Origin: a virus
Taxonomy: Duplodnaviria > Caudoviricetes
Length of the DNA: 64,000 nucleotides
IMG/VR virus record: IMGVR_UViG_3300031992_000018
Span: 1 to 64,000 of that record
Reading direction: 5' to 3' (one strand)
Shown: piece by piece, positions 28,010 through 39,424 of the stretch
Layout of the letters: every line of letters starts with the position of its first letter
Numbering within the stretch: the stretch's first letter is position 1
The notes under the pieces: generated by a model
Databases searched by the model: none
What the model saw: only the letters and a program-made list of their open reading frames with translations
Told to the model about the DNA's origin: nothing
Program-made: the position numbers and the translations under genes

Positions 28010-28255
28010 ATGAAAAATTTAGCTACATATCTTGATGATTTCATGGAAAATGAAGAACAAGGATATTTTGAATCTTGTAAAAAAAGTAAAATATCTTGTG
28101 GCAAAATTACTGAAAAAGATTTTATGAAAGCAAATAGAAAGGCTTCAAGAGATGAAGAAATTTCTAATCATGGTAAACCAGTAAGAATGGGAGGCCTTCA
28201 TAAATCAAAGAAAAATTATTCAAGAAAAGATAAACATAAACAGGATTATGATTAA
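28010..28255 (+). CDS. Small protein with basic C-terminus; variant capsid-targeting-like N-terminus
   Basis: MKNLATYLDD; HKSKKNYSRKDKHK. Confidence 0.7.
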   Translation: MKNLATYLDDFMENEEQGYFESCKKSKISCGKITEKDFMKANRKASRDEEISNHGKPVRMGGLHKSKKNYSRKDKHKQDYD

Positions 28256-28562
28256 TATAAATTCATATATAATAGAAAAACTTCATCTTAATAAAGATAC
28301 ACTTAAAGAAAAAGATATAGATGAAACAGTAATTGATTTACTTAAAGAATATGGTGAAGAACTTGATTTACATGATGCTTTAGGATATGAATTTAAAGAT
28401 GAAAATGGAGATGTCATAGACTATATTTGGTATTCTAGAGATAGTATAAGATATTCATATGAAGATAATGCAGCTGAAAGTAATGTATTAAATGATTTAT
28501 ATGAATTATTTACTAAAGATGAACTTACAAAAATATATGATTTTTTAAAAGATAAAATATAA
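28248..28562 (+). CDS. Hypothetical protein with capsid-targeting-like N-terminus
   Basis: MININSYIIEKLHLNKD. Confidence 0.7.
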   Translation: MININSYIIEKLHLNKDTLKEKDIDETVIDLLKEYGEELDLHDALGYEFKDENGDVIDYIWYSRDSIRYSYEDNAAESNVLNDLYELFTKDELTKIYDFLKDKI

Positions 28563-28604
28563 AAATATAAACAGAATGATTAAATAAATTCATATATATT
28601 TAAA

Positions 28605-29024
28605 ATGAAAAGTTTATTACAATTTATTAAAGAAGCAAGTGAAGAAAAAGTAGCTTCTTCAAAAAAATTAACATTCAACTTTACAGATTTTGAAGGAGCT
28701 GAAGAAACAATCAAATCTCTTCAAGAAATTGCTGATAAAGATGGTGTAAATGTAGAAATAGAAGATTCTAAAGTAACTGTAACATTAACTAAGGATAATG
28801 TTGAAAGTGCTGAAGGTGTATTTGAACTTCTTCAGGATTATATCCAATTAAGAGGTAAAGATCAAAAGAGAGCGAGTGATGAACAATATGCTCAGAAGTG
28901 TCATAAACTTGAAAGTACTCTTAATGATTGGAGAGAATTTGTAGATGATTCTCAAGAAGATGATGAAAATTCTGAAGAGGACAAAAAAGATGACAAAAAG
29001 GATGATAAAAAGGAAGAAGAATAA
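28605..29024 (+). CDS. Acidic protein with capsid-targeting-like N-terminus
   Basis: MKSLLQFIKE. Confidence 0.75.
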   Translation: MKSLLQFIKEASEEKVASSKKLTFNFTDFEGAEETIKSLQEIADKDGVNVEIEDSKVTVTLTKDNVESAEGVFELLQDYIQLRGKDQKRASDEQYAQKCHKLESTLNDWREFVDDSQEDDENSEEDKKDDKKDDKKEEE

Positions 29025-29026
29025 TT

Positions 29027-29344
29027 ATGAAAAATATTACTCAATATTTAACAGAATCTAAGACAATTTCTAAAACAAATTATCAAGAATTCATTAAAAA
29101 TGATGGAATGGATCAAGAACTTAGAGAATGGTATAAAAATGAATATAAGACTGATTCTCTTGGAAATGAACTTCCAACAATGACATTTGCAGAAGTACTT
29201 GCTCAATTTTTTAATGATCTTGATAAATTTGAAAAAGAAACTTGTGCAGATGATTCAATCGTAAGAGAAAGAATATTCAAGAAACTTACAGAATTATGCA
29301 AAGTTAAATATGATAATTTTTACGATTATTGGTTACACAATTAA
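29027..29344 (+). CDS. Hypothetical protein with capsid-targeting-like N-terminus
   Basis: MKNITQYLTE; DSIVRERIF..L. Confidence 0.75.
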   Translation: MKNITQYLTESKTISKTNYQEFIKNDGMDQELREWYKNEYKTDSLGNELPTMTFAEVLAQFFNDLDKFEKETCADDSIVRERIFKKLTELCKVKYDNFYDYWLHN

Positions 29345-29406
29345 ATGGTTGAGAATATTCTCAACCATTATTTCTATATTAAAATATAAATATATTTAAA
29401 TTTGAT

Positions 29407-29616
29407 ATGAGTCCTAAAGATAAATATTGGTTAGTACAGGTAGAAACTGTAGAAGAAGACGAGAAAGGTAAAATTAAAAGAAATAAAGAAAAACATCTTG
29501 TTGATGCTTTCAGTGTAAAAGATGTTGAATCAAAAGTAAAACAAATGATGGAAGGTGAAACAAGAGATTGGGAAATTAAGTCAATCACAGTTCCTGGAAT
29601 TATTGAAGTTTATTAA
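29407..29616 (+). CDS. DUF4494-like protein (Bacteroidota family)
   Basis: G.IKR.KE.HLVDAFSV.DVE.KV...M resembles the DUF4494 pattern KKVTE.YLVDALS..EAE. Confidence 0.6.
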   Translation: MSPKDKYWLVQVETVEEDEKGKIKRNKEKHLVDAFSVKDVESKVKQMMEGETRDWEIKSITVPGIIEVY

Positions 29617-29635
29617 TAATTGAAATAAATGAATA

Positions 29636-29676
29636 AAAGAAGTATTAAAGAAATCGTTTCTTTGATACTTCTTTTT
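29636..29676. terminator. Bidirectional terminator
   Basis: AAAAGAAGTATTAAAGAAA/TTTCTTTGATACTTCTTTT between convergent genes. Confidence 0.75.
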
Positions 29677-29743
29677 AGTTTTGGGACATTTTAAGGAAAC
29701 TTATAACAAATATATCGTTTAAAATTTTTGATTTAAACCAGGA

Positions 29744-30136
29744 CTATTTATATAGTTTAAAGTCTAGCATAATAAATTCATTATCTATAAAACCTTCTGT
29801 CAACATATCTGCATTATCGATTGGTTTTAGAGAAGAAAAATTAAATTTTAATTTTTCAACTTTATTCTTAAAACTTTCAAATAATTCTTGATCTTCTTTA
29901 TCTAAGAAATTATAAAATACATAACTGTCATCAAGTCCTTGAATATATCTGAAAGCAATACTTTTTTGTCCTTTCATATATATTGTCTTTTGTATATTAA
30001 GATATACTATGAATTCATCAATACGCATTCTGCTACTAATTTCATTATCTTCTAAAAGTTTTCTTTCTATATCAACTTTAGCAAATAAAAAATCTTCTGG
30101 AAATTCTCCAATTGTATTTATAGATATATATTTCAT
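29744..30136 (-). CDS. Hypothetical protein
   Basis: 130-aa ORF. Confidence 0.6.
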   Translation of the reverse strand: MKYISINTIGEFPEDFLFAKVDIERKLLEDNEISSRMRIDEFIVYLNIQKTIYMKGQKSIAFRYIQGLDDSYVFYNFLDKEDQELFESFKNKVEKLKFNFSSLKPIDNADMLTEGFIDNEFIMLDFKLYK

Positions 30137-30237
30137 GATTAAAAAATATTATACTTTTATATTTAAAAATATAGTTTTTATAATAAAAAATTATATAGTA
30201 AAAATTATTTTTAACTATAATATATGTTTTATTTTAA

Positions 30238-31164
30238 ATGAATAATATAGTACAAGGCAATGATGAACATAAATGGTTGAGACCATGGAATATTGAAAAA
30301 TTTGATGACTTATATAATAGAGATGAAAGATTTTTCAGTATTTTAGTAAAAGGTACTCTTTCATGGTTGACATCTAATATTGTTTTATATAATAAACCTA
30401 TAAATCATTTTATATTTAATACTGGTTCATCATATCTTTATGTTGAATCAAATGGTTATTCATTCTCTATGACTGAAACTTCTGGTGAAGATCAAATGTA
30501 TATGAAAATGCCAAGATGTGTTATAGAAATAGGTGATATAAATATACCTACAGAAGAACTTTCAGCTCCTTATGTTAGAGGTGTTTATGAACGCCGTGAT
30601 GGCAATGAAATAAAAGGTTATAATGGACAAATGAGAAGAATGCCAATTGAAATGTCTATGACAGCAAGATATGTATTGTCAAACTTTAATGAAAGTATGA
30701 TACTTGTACAAGAAATTATAGACAAAGTTGCATGGCAGCAATATTTTAATATCATTTACTTAGGACAAGTTATAAACTGTTCAATAGAATTAGATAATAA
30801 TTATCAAATTCAAGTAAATAAAATAGATATGACTGATCCAACAACAAATCAAAAAAATATTGAAATCCAATATAAGATTTGTTCAAATTATCCTCGTATA
30901 GATGAAAGCACAGAAGTTGAAAATAAACAATTAATAAGTTCATTCAATACTAATTTAAATATATTTACTGATAATGACGTAAATAATACAACTGATTCAG
31001 AATCTAAAACAAATATACAGAATAATGATTCAGATATTAATACTGGTAATAATTCAATGAGTACTGGTAATATAACAGATAATTATCAAGAAACACCAAT
31101 ATTACAGTATCAAAATGATACTTTATTAAAAACAACATTTAATGAATTAAAAAAATCTCTTTAA
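30238..31164 (+). CDS. Tail terminator/sheath stabiliser (T4 gp15-like)
   Basis: MPR..IEI, MPIEMSM, ESMILVQEI; heads the tail operon. Confidence 0.6.
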   Translation: MNNIVQGNDEHKWLRPWNIEKFDDLYNRDERFFSILVKGTLSWLTSNIVLYNKPINHFIFNTGSSYLYVESNGYSFSMTETSGEDQMYMKMPRCVIEIGDINIPTEELSAPYVRGVYERRDGNEIKGYNGQMRRMPIEMSMTARYVLSNFNESMILVQEIIDKVAWQQYFNIIYLGQVINCSIELDNNYQIQVNKIDMTDPTTNQKNIEIQYKICSNYPRIDESTEVENKQLISSFNTNLNIFTDNDVNNTTDSESKTNIQNNDSDINTGNNSMSTGNITDNYQETPILQYQNDTLLKTTFNELKKSL

Positions 31165-31170
31165 TAAATA

Positions 31171-32679
31171 ATGTCACAATTAGGATATATACATAATACT
31201 TATGGTAAACAAATAAACATTGGTATAGCTAATACATATTCTTATAATGTTGCTTCTGGAGTTAATCTCTCTAGAAACACAATCATTATTTCTTCTAATG
31301 TAAATGAAGATGGAGATGATACAGGAACTTATTCATTGTTTATAACTGATAATAATGGTACACCAGTAAGACTTACTTATAATATATCTCAAGGAAATGG
31401 TTTATATTATTCACAACAAGGAGATTATCTTTCATTATATATAGACAATGATACAATTATATCTGAAAATAATCAATTAAAATTTAATATTAACAATCAT
31501 TTAGGAGAATCATTCTCTTATGAAAATAATAAAATTGAATTGAATGAATTAATAATACCTAATTCTTCATATAAAAATTTTGGTATTTCAAGTATTGATA
31601 ATGAAACAATAAGAAATGATGAAGATACAATATATGTAAATACTCAATCATTGAAATATTCAAATAATTCAACATCAACATATGGTATTGCTATTGGTGA
31701 TGGTAATACAATAATTACTGAAAATGGTAAAATTTTAGTAAATATTGAATCATTTGATAAAGCAAATAATGAAACTTTTGGATTTATTAAAGGAGATAAT
31801 AATACAATTGATATTAAAGATGGTATTATTTCAGTTGTTACTAAAAACCTAAATCTTGGTACTTCTAAAAATCAAGGAATAGCAAAACCTGATAACAATA
31901 CAATAATATTCAATGATAAAAAGCAAATAACTGTAAATGAAAATAATTTAAATATTGCAACACCATCATCATATGGTTTATCAAAAATTGATATAAATAC
32001 AATATCAATAAAAGATAATAAAATTTCAATGAAAGATTATGATGATATTAAATCATCAATATTAAATTATAAAAATGAATATATCAGTTATGTAAATGAA
32101 TATAAAAGTTTAAATGAATACTTAAAATCTGGTAATGTTTTATTAAGAGATAAAAATATTCAGTTATTTAGTATCAATGAAAAATCTGTAACTGAACTTA
32201 GTAAACCTAAAAAGGATGAAGAAGTTATTAATATGGAAACTCAATATGTATCTATAGAGTTTAATATAATAACAACATGCGATTTTATAATGAATATACA
32301 TTTTGAAGAAGGAACAAATGAATTCCCAAATGTTGATATTGTAGAAGTTAATTATAATACTAAAAAAATATATACAAGAGAAGAAGCATTAAATCCTAAA
32401 ACAGTATATCCTTCAACAAATGGAGAACTTATGAAATTTATTGTAAAATTATCAGCAAAGAATTTTAGAAATTCAACAAAAGGACAATCATTAGTAACAT
32501 CAATAAACTTTATAATTTCAAATGCTGAAGATCATAATAAACAGAAAAATGAAAAATATTCAATTATAAGATATAATTCATTATATAAAGAAAAAACTAA
32601 TGAAGATTCAACTAAAAATGAAAATTCAAATAGTGTATATGTTTTAAAGAGTGATAATATAACATGGTCATTCATTTAA
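31171..32679 (+). CDS. Tail-fibre-like protein, paralog family member 1
   Basis: Shared N-domain (LG.I...YG.Q.NIG..NTY..G.YS....D..G.PVRLTY) plus (Y/F)G...D..TI....G repeats. Confidence 0.65.
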   Translation: MSQLGYIHNTYGKQINIGIANTYSYNVASGVNLSRNTIIISSNVNEDGDDTGTYSLFITDNNGTPVRLTYNISQGNGLYYSQQGDYLSLYIDNDTIISENNQLKFNINNHLGESFSYENNKIELNELIIPNSSYKNFGISSIDNETIRNDEDTIYVNTQSLKYSNNSTSTYGIAIGDGNTIITENGKILVNIESFDKANNETFGFIKGDNNTIDIKDGIISVVTKNLNLGTSKNQGIAKPDNNTIIFNDKKQITVNENNLNIATPSSYGLSKIDINTISIKDNKISMKDYDDIKSSILNYKNEYISYVNEYKSLNEYLKSGNVLLRDKNIQLFSINEKSVTELSKPKKDEEVINMETQYVSIEFNIITTCDFIMNIHFEEGTNEFPNVDIVEVNYNTKKIYTREEALNPKTVYPSTNGELMKFIVKLSAKNFRNSTKGQSLVTSINFIISNAEDHNKQKNEKYSIIRYNSLYKEKTNEDSTKNENSNSVYVLKSDNITWSFI

Positions 32680-32703
32680 AGATAAATAAATTTAATTAAT
32701 AAA

Positions 32704-35700
32704 ATGGCATTTGTACCTTATCATAATGAGATAGAAAATTCTAGTGAGTTAGAATACTCTAGAAATCCTGAAGAATATATTATCATAGAAGATAATGATA
32801 ATATTTTTACAGTAACTTTACATTTAAAAGATGGAAATAATGATATTAAATATAATAATACTGGTATAAATAATATAACATTTAATAATGTTTCTTTATA
32901 TTATAATACTAGTAATAATTATAAATATGATGTAGATTCAACATCAACAAGAATAGAATATAGTATTTCAACTGATGGTACTAAATATAAAAGTGCATCA
33001 GGAAGATTATTATGTAGACAAGAATGTGAACATAATATTTCTTTAACAAAAATATATCATTATCAATTTATTGTAAAAAATATTAATGATATAACAACTA
33101 ATAATCTAGTATTTACTAATAATTCTGATACTAATGCAAGATCATTAATACAAAAACAATCAAATAATACAGTAATAAATTATTATACAACAGCAATATC
33201 AATTAGTTTAGAAATTAATAAAGCTGGATATGAAAAATATAATAGTGGTAATATATCAGGTACATTTGGGATAAATAGTAATTCTATAATTAATACAACA
33301 ATAACACCAGTAACTTTAGAAAAAGAAGAAACACAAGTTACTGTTCATGAATATTATTTTAATATTTTATATAATGAAACACAATTATCACAAAATAAAT
33401 ATAATATAACTATTGATGATAAAACACAATCAGATTTAAAATATTATGAATCACAAAATAATAAAATAGAATATACTATACAATTTAATTCTGATATAAT
33501 TAATTATACTTCTATTTCTGGTTCATTAAATGCTACTATTAATAATGAATTAAATTTAGATTTATATAATATTACTGATATTGAATATAAATTTACTATA
33601 GAAGTATATGATAGTAATACAAATAAACTAATAAAAACAATAAATAATGATAATTGTAAAATAAATACTGAAATACCTCTTGGTAATGCTAATATTAATA
33701 ATGAATATTATATAATTAATGATATTGATTTAGGAACATATAAAATTACTAATAATGATATATATAATTTATTAATTAATAATTTATCTACAATAAAAAT
33801 ATATAAAAATTTATCTGAATATACAGTAAATATAGAATATAATCCTATTGATATAAATGAAATAACAGATAAAATAAATGTATATAAAGATAAAACTGAT
33901 ACAGAACCATTAGAATATAAAATTGATTATTATATTACAAATGAAAATAATAATGAAATAGAAGAAACAGTTAAATATAATGAAACTATATATATAAATT
34001 CTAAAGATGAAAATTATTCATCTAAAGAAGTTCGTGTATCTATTATATTAGAAAATGATGATCAATATCCTATAGTTTTAAGAAAGGGTAAAAAGCAGTT
34101 TTCTAATGAAACATATTGTTTCCCTTGGTATATTGATGAAATAAATGTTCATTATCAATTAAGAGATAAATTAACATCTAATATTAAAGAATTCTCTGAA
34201 AAAATTAAAACATTTATTTATGATAATAAAGATTGTAAATCTTCTGAAGAAAAGAGTTTAATAAAAGAAGGACAAAATGAAGCTAATAATGTAGTAGAAG
34301 CATCTAAATTTTATATCAGAAGAAAAGAAACAATTGATAATAAACCATATAATTTTGTAATACCTCTTTATAAGCAGGTATATCCTAATTATATGTTATT
34401 TAGAAATGATGATAATTCATTAATAAATATACATAAATATAAAAATTCTTATATAAATATATTATATAGAACAGATCAAAATGAATATAGTAATTTAAAT
34501 GATAATTATAATATTGATAGTAATACAATTAGTATTAATTCTAATGAAGACATTACATATAATGATGGATATAATACATTAAAATTTAATAGTGATTGTA
34601 TTAGTAATGATATAAATGATAATGGTATATCTGGAAGTATATTAATATGTCCAAATAAGTATGATAATGATCAATCATCAGATGAATATAAACATAAAGA
34701 TGTATTAGGATTAAAATATAATGTAATAGTTAATAATGAAAATATTACTGGATATAATTTCAATACAGAAATAGGATATGTATTATATAATACAGATGGT
34801 AAATATAATTATTCATTTGGTGATAATAAATATACATTTAGTTATAATAGTATAATAACAACACATAATATTTCAGATAATAATATAAATGATATTTATC
34901 CAAATATTAAAATAACAAATTATAATATATCTGTAGAAAAAGATAAAATAACTATATCTGACTATAATTTAGAAGGTGATAACAATTATAAAACATTTAA
35001 TATAAGTTATGAAAATACAGATGATTTTATAGGAATTTCAGGACAATTTGATAAAACAGTATATACATATTTATATCCTGAAATAATATATAATAATTCA
35101 TCATTTACATATTCTAATAATGGTACTATATCATATTCTGTAAAAATTTCAGATGATAATTCTGACTATAATAGCAATGGATTTAATGATGAAAATTTAA
35201 GAAATAATACTAAAGAAATTAAATATATTATAACATCTAAAAAAACAGATTATAACTATAATCCTAATATAAATTATAGTGACAATGATAATCATTATAA
35301 GTTAGAAAATAATAATATAACATATAATGGTAGGATATCATTAGAAAATTTAGATAGTGGAAATTCTAAGATAAGATATAATTTTTATAAATATAATACT
35401 CAATTTAATGAAAATGATCATCCACATATAGGAAATAATTCATTAACTAATCAAACAAATAATGATGATTATATATTTATAAAAACAGAAGATAATAAAT
35501 ATTTTTCATATATTAAAAGATATATATCAGATAATGAACAAATAAAATTTTATAAAGATACAAATAATATTAATAGTCCATATTATATATCTGATAATAT
35601 TGAAACTATATATAATGATAATAATACTGATAGACAGATATCATATTCTATAGAAGATAAATATGGTAGTGAAGATTTTTATTATACTAATAATAATTTT

Positions 35701-38424
35701 ACATTAACTAATAAGAAAGTATCAAATGATTATAATATATTATATTTTATTTATACTTTAGAAAAGGATAATAATATATATATGTCTTCTAAAAAGAACT
35801 TTAATACAAATTTATTTATTAATACTATTAAATATAATAATTCTCCAGGTTATGATACATTATCTAATATATTAAATAGTGATTTTGATGAGGAGTGTAA
35901 ATGTATTAATATAGAAAATAATATCTTAAAAAAATCTACAAAGATTGATAGTATTATAGATCAATATAAATATACAAGTAATCCAATTATAGAAAAAAGA
36001 TATGATTGGGATTCACAATTCAGTTATAGTTTAGTTGATTTTAAGAATTATTTAAATACTATTAATTTAAGTGATACTATAAATACAATATTAGATAGTA
36101 ATTTTAGCAAAGATAATATCAGTGATAATATTATATTATCTAATTATCTTAATATAAATAGTATCGAAAATTATAATAGTAGGTATATTTATACATATGA
36201 ACAAGGACAATATTATAGTGGTTACTTTAGAGATTATATTAGTGATATTAGCTTACATACAAATGAACTTACATATTTAGATAATGCTTATACAGTTTTA
36301 GATAAATTTAATCAAAACATATCTCAATTATGTAGTAATTCAAATGTTCAACTTTCTAAGTTATCATCTGATAATTTATCTATTAAACAATTTGAAGAAA
36401 TAACTATTGATGAAAATATTATTAATGGACAAAACAAATTGGATGAATTATTATGTATAAATAATTATGAAAATAATGTTGTAGACTTATATAATACATA
36501 TTTTGGAGTAAATTATACTATTAATGATTTAAAAATTAATACTAAAATAAATAATAATTATACAAAACAAAATAATACATATAGTGATTATATAGATATA
36601 AAAAATAATATAGATAGTATTAAATCAAATTTATTTAGTTTTTATACATATACTAATCTTAGTAGTATACCAAGACAAGATGATATTGTTTATGAACTAA
36701 ATAATAATTCATATAGTATAGTTAATGATCATAATAGTATTAATGATGAAAATTATAATACATATTATATTAGAAATGAAGTTAATTCATATTTTGATAA
36801 AGAAATAATTAGTAAAGATATTAGTGATTTTATATTATCTACTGATATATATACTTATCAATATAATGGATATTATTATGAAATTAGTAGATCTGTAAAA
36901 GAAAATTATGATAATAATATTAATGAATTATATAGTAATGAATATAGTGAAGAAAATAATTTAGATAATTTAAATAATATATATAATGAATTATATAATG
37001 TCAATGATATTGAAACTACATATACTTATGTAAAAAATTATATATATAATCAATTAAATATTTTAAATACATCATATAGTGATGATAATAGTAATATAAA
37101 TAATTATAATAGTGCAATAAATAATATTAATAATATATTTATATTTAATATAAAAACAAATTATAATAAAATTAATGAATCATTAGATGAATATAAATTT
37201 TATGAAAATATATCAAATAACCAAAAATTTTATAGTATAGATGATGTATTTGTTCAGACAAATAATATAAATAAAATATCTTATTTTAAAACTAATTTTA
37301 ATGATTATTATAAAACAGTAAATGTTTATAGATTATTATTTAGAGCATATTTATATAATGTATATAGCTCATCAGATACTAATAAAACTAATATTCAAAA
37401 AGAAATTTTAAAAAATAATTCTGAGTTATTTTATAATTATTGGTTAAATTATATTTATGTTAATAAAAAGCATTTAACTGATGAATTTTATATAAAAGCC
37501 TCAGGAAATCAAACAATAAATATTAATACAAATGATATTGATAGTTTATTAAATAGACAATATACATTAAAGTGTGATAAAACATCTAAAACAAATATTT
37601 ATTACTTTGATGATGATATGTATAATTCATTAATAAATTCTAATATTTCTATAAAATATAAAATTAATAATGATGAACCTGAATTTTTTAATGGAGTAAT
37701 TAATTATAAAGAGAATAAAACAGGAAAAATTAAATTCTCATTATATAATCGTGACTTATTTATTAAAGATATAGATGTTATAAATAATAATATTAGAACA
37801 TATTTTGATATTAATAATTCTGATAATTCTATTAATTTAACAATAACACAAGGTATAAAATTATTAAAATTAGAATTTAATATTGAAATTAATGAAATAG
37901 ATATATCTGGAACAAATTATAAATTTAAATTATTATATAGTATATTTAATAATGAAACTCAATATCAACCTCAAGAAATTAATATAGCATCACATAAAAT
38001 TATAAAAAATATAAATATTCCAAATAATATACAAAAGTCAGTATATATTATATCATATAGATTAAAGATGTATAATAAATATAATGAAGAAGATTATGTT
38101 TATAGTAAAATATATAATAAGATATTTTATTATAATGAGGATATATATGAATATAAGATAGAGAATGATTCTGATAAAATAAAAAATGATAAGATTGTTG
38201 ATGTTAAATTATTATTGGATTATAATAAAAATAGTAATCATACATATTTTGTTGGATTTGCTGAAAATAATAGTAATACTAATAGTATTAAATTTTCATA
38301 TATAACTAAATATAATGATAGTTATTATGCTCCACAATTAACAGGAAAATTTGAATTAGGTAAATCATATCCTAAGTATAATTTTATTGATAATAATATA
38401 AAAGAAGTTGTAAAATATGAGTAA
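32704..38424 (+). CDS. Giant Asn/Ile/Tyr-rich low-complexity protein, probably virion structural
   Basis: Uninterrupted 1906-aa ORF inside the tail operon. Confidence 0.65.
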   Translation: MAFVPYHNEIENSSELEYSRNPEEYIIIEDNDNIFTVTLHLKDGNNDIKYNNTGINNITFNNVSLYYNTSNNYKYDVDSTSTRIEYSISTDGTKYKSASGRLLCRQECEHNISLTKIYHYQFIVKNINDITTNNLVFTNNSDTNARSLIQKQSNNTVINYYTTAISISLEINKAGYEKYNSGNISGTFGINSNSIINTTITPVTLEKEETQVTVHEYYFNILYNETQLSQNKYNITIDDKTQSDLKYYESQNNKIEYTIQFNSDIINYTSISGSLNATINNELNLDLYNITDIEYKFTIEVYDSNTNKLIKTINNDNCKINTEIPLGNANINNEYYIINDIDLGTYKITNNDIYNLLINNLSTIKIYKNLSEYTVNIEYNPIDINEITDKINVYKDKTDTEPLEYKIDYYITNENNNEIEETVKYNETIYINSKDENYSSKEVRVSIILENDDQYPIVLRKGKKQFSNETYCFPWYIDEINVHYQLRDKLTSNIKEFSEKIKTFIYDNKDCKSSEEKSLIKEGQNEANNVVEASKFYIRRKETIDNKPYNFVIPLYKQVYPNYMLFRNDDNSLINIHKYKNSYINILYRTDQNEYSNLNDNYNIDSNTISINSNEDITYNDGYNTLKFNSDCISNDINDNGISGSILICPNKYDNDQSSDEYKHKDVLGLKYNVIVNNENITGYNFNTEIGYVLYNTDGKYNYSFGDNKYTFSYNSIITTHNISDNNINDIYPNIKITNYNISVEKDKITISDYNLEGDNNYKTFNISYENTDDFIGISGQFDKTVYTYLYPEIIYNNSSFTYSNNGTISYSVKISDDNSDYNSNGFNDENLRNNTKEIKYIITSKKTDYNYNPNINYSDNDNHYKLENNNITYNGRISLENLDSGNSKIRYNFYKYNTQFNENDHPHIGNNSLTNQTNNDDYIFIKTEDNKYFSYIKRYISDNEQIKFYKDTNNINSPYYISDNIETIYNDNNTDRQISYSIEDKYGSEDFYYTNNNFTLTNKKVSNDYNILYFIYTLEKDNNIYMSSKKNFNTNLFINTIKYNNSPGYDTLSNILNSDFDEECKCINIENNILKKSTKIDSIIDQYKYTSNPIIEKRYDWDSQFSYSLVDFKNYLNTINLSDTINTILDSNFSKDNISDNIILSNYLNINSIENYNSRYIYTYEQGQYYSGYFRDYISDISLHTNELTYLDNAYTVLDKFNQNISQLCSNSNVQLSKLSSDNLSIKQFEEITIDENIINGQNKLDELLCINNYENNVVDLYNTYFGVNYTINDLKINTKINNNYTKQNNTYSDYIDIKNNIDSIKSNLFSFYTYTNLSSIPRQDDIVYELNNNSYSIVNDHNSINDENYNTYYIRNEVNSYFDKEIISKDISDFILSTDIYTYQYNGYYYEISRSVKENYDNNINELYSNEYSEENNLDNLNNIYNELYNVNDIETTYTYVKNYIYNQLNILNTSYSDDNSNINNYNSAINNINNIFIFNIKTNYNKINESLDEYKFYENISNNQKFYSIDDVFVQTNNINKISYFKTNFNDYYKTVNVYRLLFRAYLYNVYSSSDTNKTNIQKEILKNNSELFYNYWLNYIYVNKKHLTDEFYIKASGNQTININTNDIDSLLNRQYTLKCDKTSKTNIYYFDDDMYNSLINSNISIKYKINNDEPEFFNGVINYKENKTGKIKFSLYNRDLFIKDIDVINNNIRTYFDINNSDNSINLTITQGIKLLKLEFNIEINEIDISGTNYKFKLLYSIFNNETQYQPQEINIASHKIIKNINIPNNIQKSVYIISYRLKMYNKYNEEDYVYSKIYNKIFYYNEDIYEYKIENDSDKIKNDKIVDVKLLLDYNKNSNHTYFVGFAENNSNTNSIKFSYITKYNDSYYAPQLTGKFELGKSYPKYNFIDNNIKEVVKYE

Positions 38425-39379
38425 ATTAGGTAATATATATTTATCATATGGACATCAATTTAATATTGGTGTATCTAATACATATTCATATAATATTCTT
38501 TCTGGTAATAATTTACCAAAAAATATTATAGTTATATCTTCTCCAATAGATGATGAAAATAATGATATTGGTACATATTCATTGATGTGTACTGATTCAT
38601 TAGGAAATCCTGTTAGATTAACATATTCTATAAAGGAAGGTAATGGATTATTTGTAGATAATGATGTATTATATTTAAATATTGATAATGAAACTATAAA
38701 GAATTCAAATGGATTATATATAGATTTATCAACTATATATAGTGATATAGTTTTAAATGAAAATAATATATTACATATTGATAATGATAAATTATCTGTT
38801 ATTTCACAGTCTTCAAGAGGAGTATCTAAAGGAGATAATAATACTATAAAAAATGATGAAGGAATGTTATATGTTGATACTGAAAATTTACAGTATTCTA
38901 ATAATTCAACATCAACATATGGTATTATAACTTCTAGTGATGATAAAATATTAATAAATAATGGAGTATTATCATTAAACCAAGATAATTTAAATAAAGC
39001 TTCTAATGAAGAATATGGAATATGTCATGGTGATGAAACAACAGTTTCAGTTATAAATGGTAAATTACAAGTAAATACAAAAAATTTAATAAAGGCATCA
39101 GAATCAAATTATGGTATAATAGATATAGATGGTAATAAAATTTTATCAAATGATGGTTTATTAAGTATTAATACTGATAATTTAAATATTGGAGATAATA
39201 ATAATATAGGAGTTATTGATATTGATAATTCTACAATAGTATTAAATGATAATAATCAAATAACAATATCTTATTATGATAATATTATTAAAGATATTGA
39301 TGATTTAAGAAATGACTTAAATAGTTATATTATTGGTTTAGATAAAATGAAAGAAGACATTTTATCCAAAATAAGTTAA
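38417..39379 (+). CDS. Tail-fibre-like protein, paralog family member 2
   Basis: Same N-domain and repeats; ends in a coiled coil. Confidence 0.65.
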   Translation: MSKLGNIYLSYGHQFNIGVSNTYSYNILSGNNLPKNIIVISSPIDDENNDIGTYSLMCTDSLGNPVRLTYSIKEGNGLFVDNDVLYLNIDNETIKNSNGLYIDLSTIYSDIVLNENNILHIDNDKLSVISQSSRGVSKGDNNTIKNDEGMLYVDTENLQYSNNSTSTYGIITSSDDKILINNGVLSLNQDNLNKASNEEYGICHGDETTVSVINGKLQVNTKNLIKASESNYGIIDIDGNKILSNDGLLSINTDNLNIGDNNNIGVIDIDNSTIVLNDNNQITISYYDNIIKDIDDLRNDLNSYIIGLDKMKEDILSKIS

Positions 39380-39424
39380 GAATAAATCATATTTTTATAT
39401 ATAGAAAGATAATTAAAATAATAT

